From assembly GCA_020052955.1 (NCBI GenBank), contig JAGVOB010000004.1:12522-76521 (forward strand): a DNA stretch of 64,000 nucleotides, in the 5' to 3' direction. The notes under the pieces are model-generated. The model made no database searches. It was not told the origin of the DNA and saw only the letters and a list, made by a program, of their open reading frames with translations. A program made the translations under genes and the position numbers. Origin of the DNA: Candidatus Omnitrophota bacterium. Its GTDB lineage: Bacteria > Omnitrophota > Gorgyraeia > VGKN01. Shown piece by piece: positions 62,586 to 64,000 of the stretch. Each line of letters begins with the position of its first letter. The first letter of the stretch is position 1.

Positions 62586-62608
62586 CCGTATCATTTTTAA
62601 TGTAACAT
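62583..62608 (+). other. conserved stop-codon context / 3' flank element (copy 2)
   Basis: TAACCGTATCATTTTTAATGTAAC. See the copy at 925-950. Confidence 0.5.
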
Positions 62609-62689
62609 ATTAAAAAATAAATATTTATGAAATAATAACTAAAGTTGAGTTTTAAGGTTTAGGTTAAGGCAAAATGAAAAAGCCAGAGG

Positions 62690-62870
62690 TCATAGGCGAT
62701 AAGCCATAAGCACAGAATTAGAGGGCAAATGAAGCCTTCCATAACTCCTAGGGCTATTATCCCTCCCTTTGCTCGGGATGGTGAGCGTTAGGTGAACCAA
62801 AGGGTGCGGTTTTCCCCTCGTTTAGCTCGAAACTCTGCTGGCCGCGAATGTTAAATGGGTAATTTATAGT
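62690..62870 (+). other. GC-enriched island inside otherwise AT-rich intergenic DNA (possible small structured RNA or terminator-like element; unassigned)
   Basis: ...gggctattatccctccctttgctcgggatggtgagcgttaggtgaaccaaagggtgcggttttcccctcgtttagctcgaaactctgctggccgcg. Contains the inverted repeat CCCTTTG...CAAAGGG followed by GCGGTTTT. Confidence 0.15.
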
Positions 62871-63081
62871 AAGAATAAACAAAATTTAGATGTTTGGGTA
62901 TTGTAATTTTATTTTTGTTGGGTATACTTTTAGTAGTGGATAGTAGGAAATAAAGGTTATTTTTTTTAGTGACTTAAAAAGGGTGTTTAAAATTATTAAA
63001 AAATGTTTTTAATTAATGATATTTTATATGTACTTTCTAACATATTATAATAACATTTTCCTTAATTAAAGGGTGTAACAA

Positions 63082-64000
63082 ATGATAGACTGGCAGACAG
63101 GTAATCACAAGTTCTGGTTAAAACTTATAACCTTGGTTATAGCCGAGGTGTTTTTATTTACCTCAATAGACCTTCCTTTATCAAAGCCCGATATCGCCCA
63201 CGCCTCTCCAACTGAAAAATTAGCGCCGCCGTTAGTCACAGGCGGTCAATCCGATAAAGCCCCTATTAGAAAAGCAAGGCGAGTTGCCGGAGAAGACACA
63301 TTACAAACTGCCGCACAAGACCTGCCGATAGTTGTTGAGGGAGATAATCTATTTAAAGCAATAGATAAAGCAGTTAAGCACATCTCTCAAGATGACATAG
63401 CGCAGAGTGGAAATAAAGACAATATCCCCGCCCTACTCTTAAATATCAATAACAGGTGGGTCCTTTTGTTGTTAAATACCTTAACAAGAGACAATATACC
63501 GCAAAACGTATTGGATATGTTGGGCTCTGAGATAGTAGAGCGCCTGATAGAAAGCGGTATGGAGCAGCCTGCAAGAGCAGACCTATCTACTGCGGATGCA
63601 CCAGGCATGCAAATAAGCCAGGCTGTTTTAGGCGATGGCCGCTTATCGTTGAAATTAGACGAAAGAGGAGCTATCTTATTATCCGGAGAAGATGATAACA
63701 GATTAACCCTTGTTGATTTACAGGTAGATATGGAGAAGGTGCCTGATTGGCTGAGGCCGCCTCAACAAGGCCCTCCCGTCGCTGTCTCCACGTCTGCCAT
63801 TTCAGTTCAGTTTAGATTTGTAAATCTTAATCTGTCCGCATCTGAAAGCACAGTAGAAACAGCAGAAGTAGCACCAGCTACACCCCTACAAGCAAGGCCA
63901 GCTAGCGCAGCGGAACTCAAGCGCGCCGAAGAAGCCCTCAAGCAAGCCCAAGCAGCAGCTATTCCAGTAACAGTTACAGCACACCCGGCAATACAAATTC
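63082..64000 (+). CDS. 5' end of a downstream paralogous giant-protein gene (partial, runs off the window end)
   Basis: ATG at 63082 is preceded by AAAGGG (63068-63073) with the same 8-nt spacing as the giant ORF. N-terminus MIDWQTGNHKFWLKLITLVIAEVFLFTSIDLPL is nearly identical to MVDWQTGGKKMWIRLIALVIAEVFLFTSIDLPF of the giant ORF. The frame stays open to nt 64000 with no stop (checked codon by codon). Confidence 0.7.
   Translation, partial: MIDWQTGNHKFWLKLITLVIAEVFLFTSIDLPLSKPDIAHASPTEKLAPPLVTGGQSDKAPIRKARRVAGEDTLQTAAQDLPIVVEGDNLFKAIDKAVKHISQDDIAQSGNKDNIPALLLNINNRWVLLLLNTLTRDNIPQNVLDMLGSEIVERLIESGMEQPARADLSTADAPGMQISQAVLGDGRLSLKLDERGAILLSGEDDNRLTLVDLQVDMEKVPDWLRPPQQGPPVAVSTSAISVQFRFVNLNLSASESTVETAEVAPATPLQARPASAAELKRAEEALKQAQAAAIPVTVTAHPAIQI

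Noticed and set aside
1359-62585. Possibility that the 61-kb ORF is really many adjacent genes (each with its own signal peptide/lipobox) or a polycistronic operon
   Set aside because: There is not a single in-frame stop codon between the module boundaries and no internal RBS-ATG contexts at the lipobox-like sites. Independent genes would terminate. Assembly error cannot be excluded from sequence alone and is listed as a check.
1359-62585. NRPS/PKS megasynthase or RTX/cadherin/Ig-repeat adhesin as explanation for the giant ORF
   Set aside because: I found no condensation (HHxxxDG), adenylation, thiolation (GGHSL) or ketosynthase motifs, and no GGxGxDxUx nonapeptide or regularly spaced about 100-aa Ig-like repeat arrays. 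The domain content is heterogeneous and membrane-embedded instead.
477-63608. All minus-strand ORFs in the six-frame track (e.g. 477..680, 3410..3811, 13265..13645, 32213..32650, 51011..51478, 57110..57613), about 90 ORFs of 60-167 aa
   Set aside because: Every one lies antisense inside the 61-kb plus-strand ORF or the flanking paralog ORFs. Several are obvious mirror images of coding repeats: the MPGVAK..RYGGCCCSCEV trio mirrors the 2.9-kb tandem duplication, and VGVSVGVDVGV mirrors the Thr-Pro linker. None has an RBS or independent support.

Overview
Almost the whole window (nt 1359-62585, + strand) is one uninterrupted 61,227-nt ORF encoding a 20,408-aa (roughly 2.2 MDa) multidomain membrane protein. 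It is flanked by the 3' end of an upstream paralog (1-927, frame open to the window edge) and the 5' end of a downstream paralog (63082 to window end). The three genes are linked by shared features: near-identical N-terminal signal-anchor sequences (MxDWQTG...LVIAEVFLFTSIDLP), similar C-terminal tails, an identical stop-codon context (TAACCGTATCATTTTT) and an identical RBS arrangement (AAGGG plus 8 nt, then ATG). This looks like a tandem array of giant genes. The architecture resembles giant genes reported from uncultivated predatory or episymbiotic bacteria such as Omnitrophota, but lineage cannot be determined from this sequence. The most striking content of the giant protein is a complete SecY-like 10-TM channel (about 3846-4950) followed by a SecA-like DEAD motor (about 5615-7850) near the N-terminus. 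This amounts to a protein-translocation machine embedded inside the giant protein. Downstream, the chain is organised as 'beads on a membrane string': a dozen or more modules separated by recurrent TM hairpins (out-to-in TM, short Arg/Lys-rich loop, in-to-out TM that often ends in a lipobox-like L-[AT]-[AS]-C and is followed by a Thr/Pro linker). The modules include cell-wall-directed domains (lytic-transglycosylase-like, VanW-like, two alpha/alpha-toroid glycoside-hydrolase-like domains, three HExxH sites, beta-sandwich modules) and a roughly 3,100-aa HEAT-like alpha-solenoid region. There are also novel repeat arrays (about 38-aa 'GD..YW..FM' repeats, a 63-aa x3 repeat, a 2.9-kb intragenic tandem duplication). 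Several intramembrane-protease-like modules are present (CPBP/Abi-like, M50-like with HEGLH). The C-terminal block consists of cytoplasmic-type pyrimidine and nucleotide-sugar enzymes (UDP-sugar pyrophosphorylase-like, uridine-kinase/PRK-like, cytidylate-kinase-like, HD phosphohydrolase). I found no rRNA, tRNA, CRISPR or IS element. All minus-strand ORFs in the track lie antisense inside the giant ORF and are judged spurious. Domain calls rest on motif-level comparison by eye with well-known family consensus sequences, not on database searches. Coordinates of domains are approximate (plus or minus a few tens of nt).
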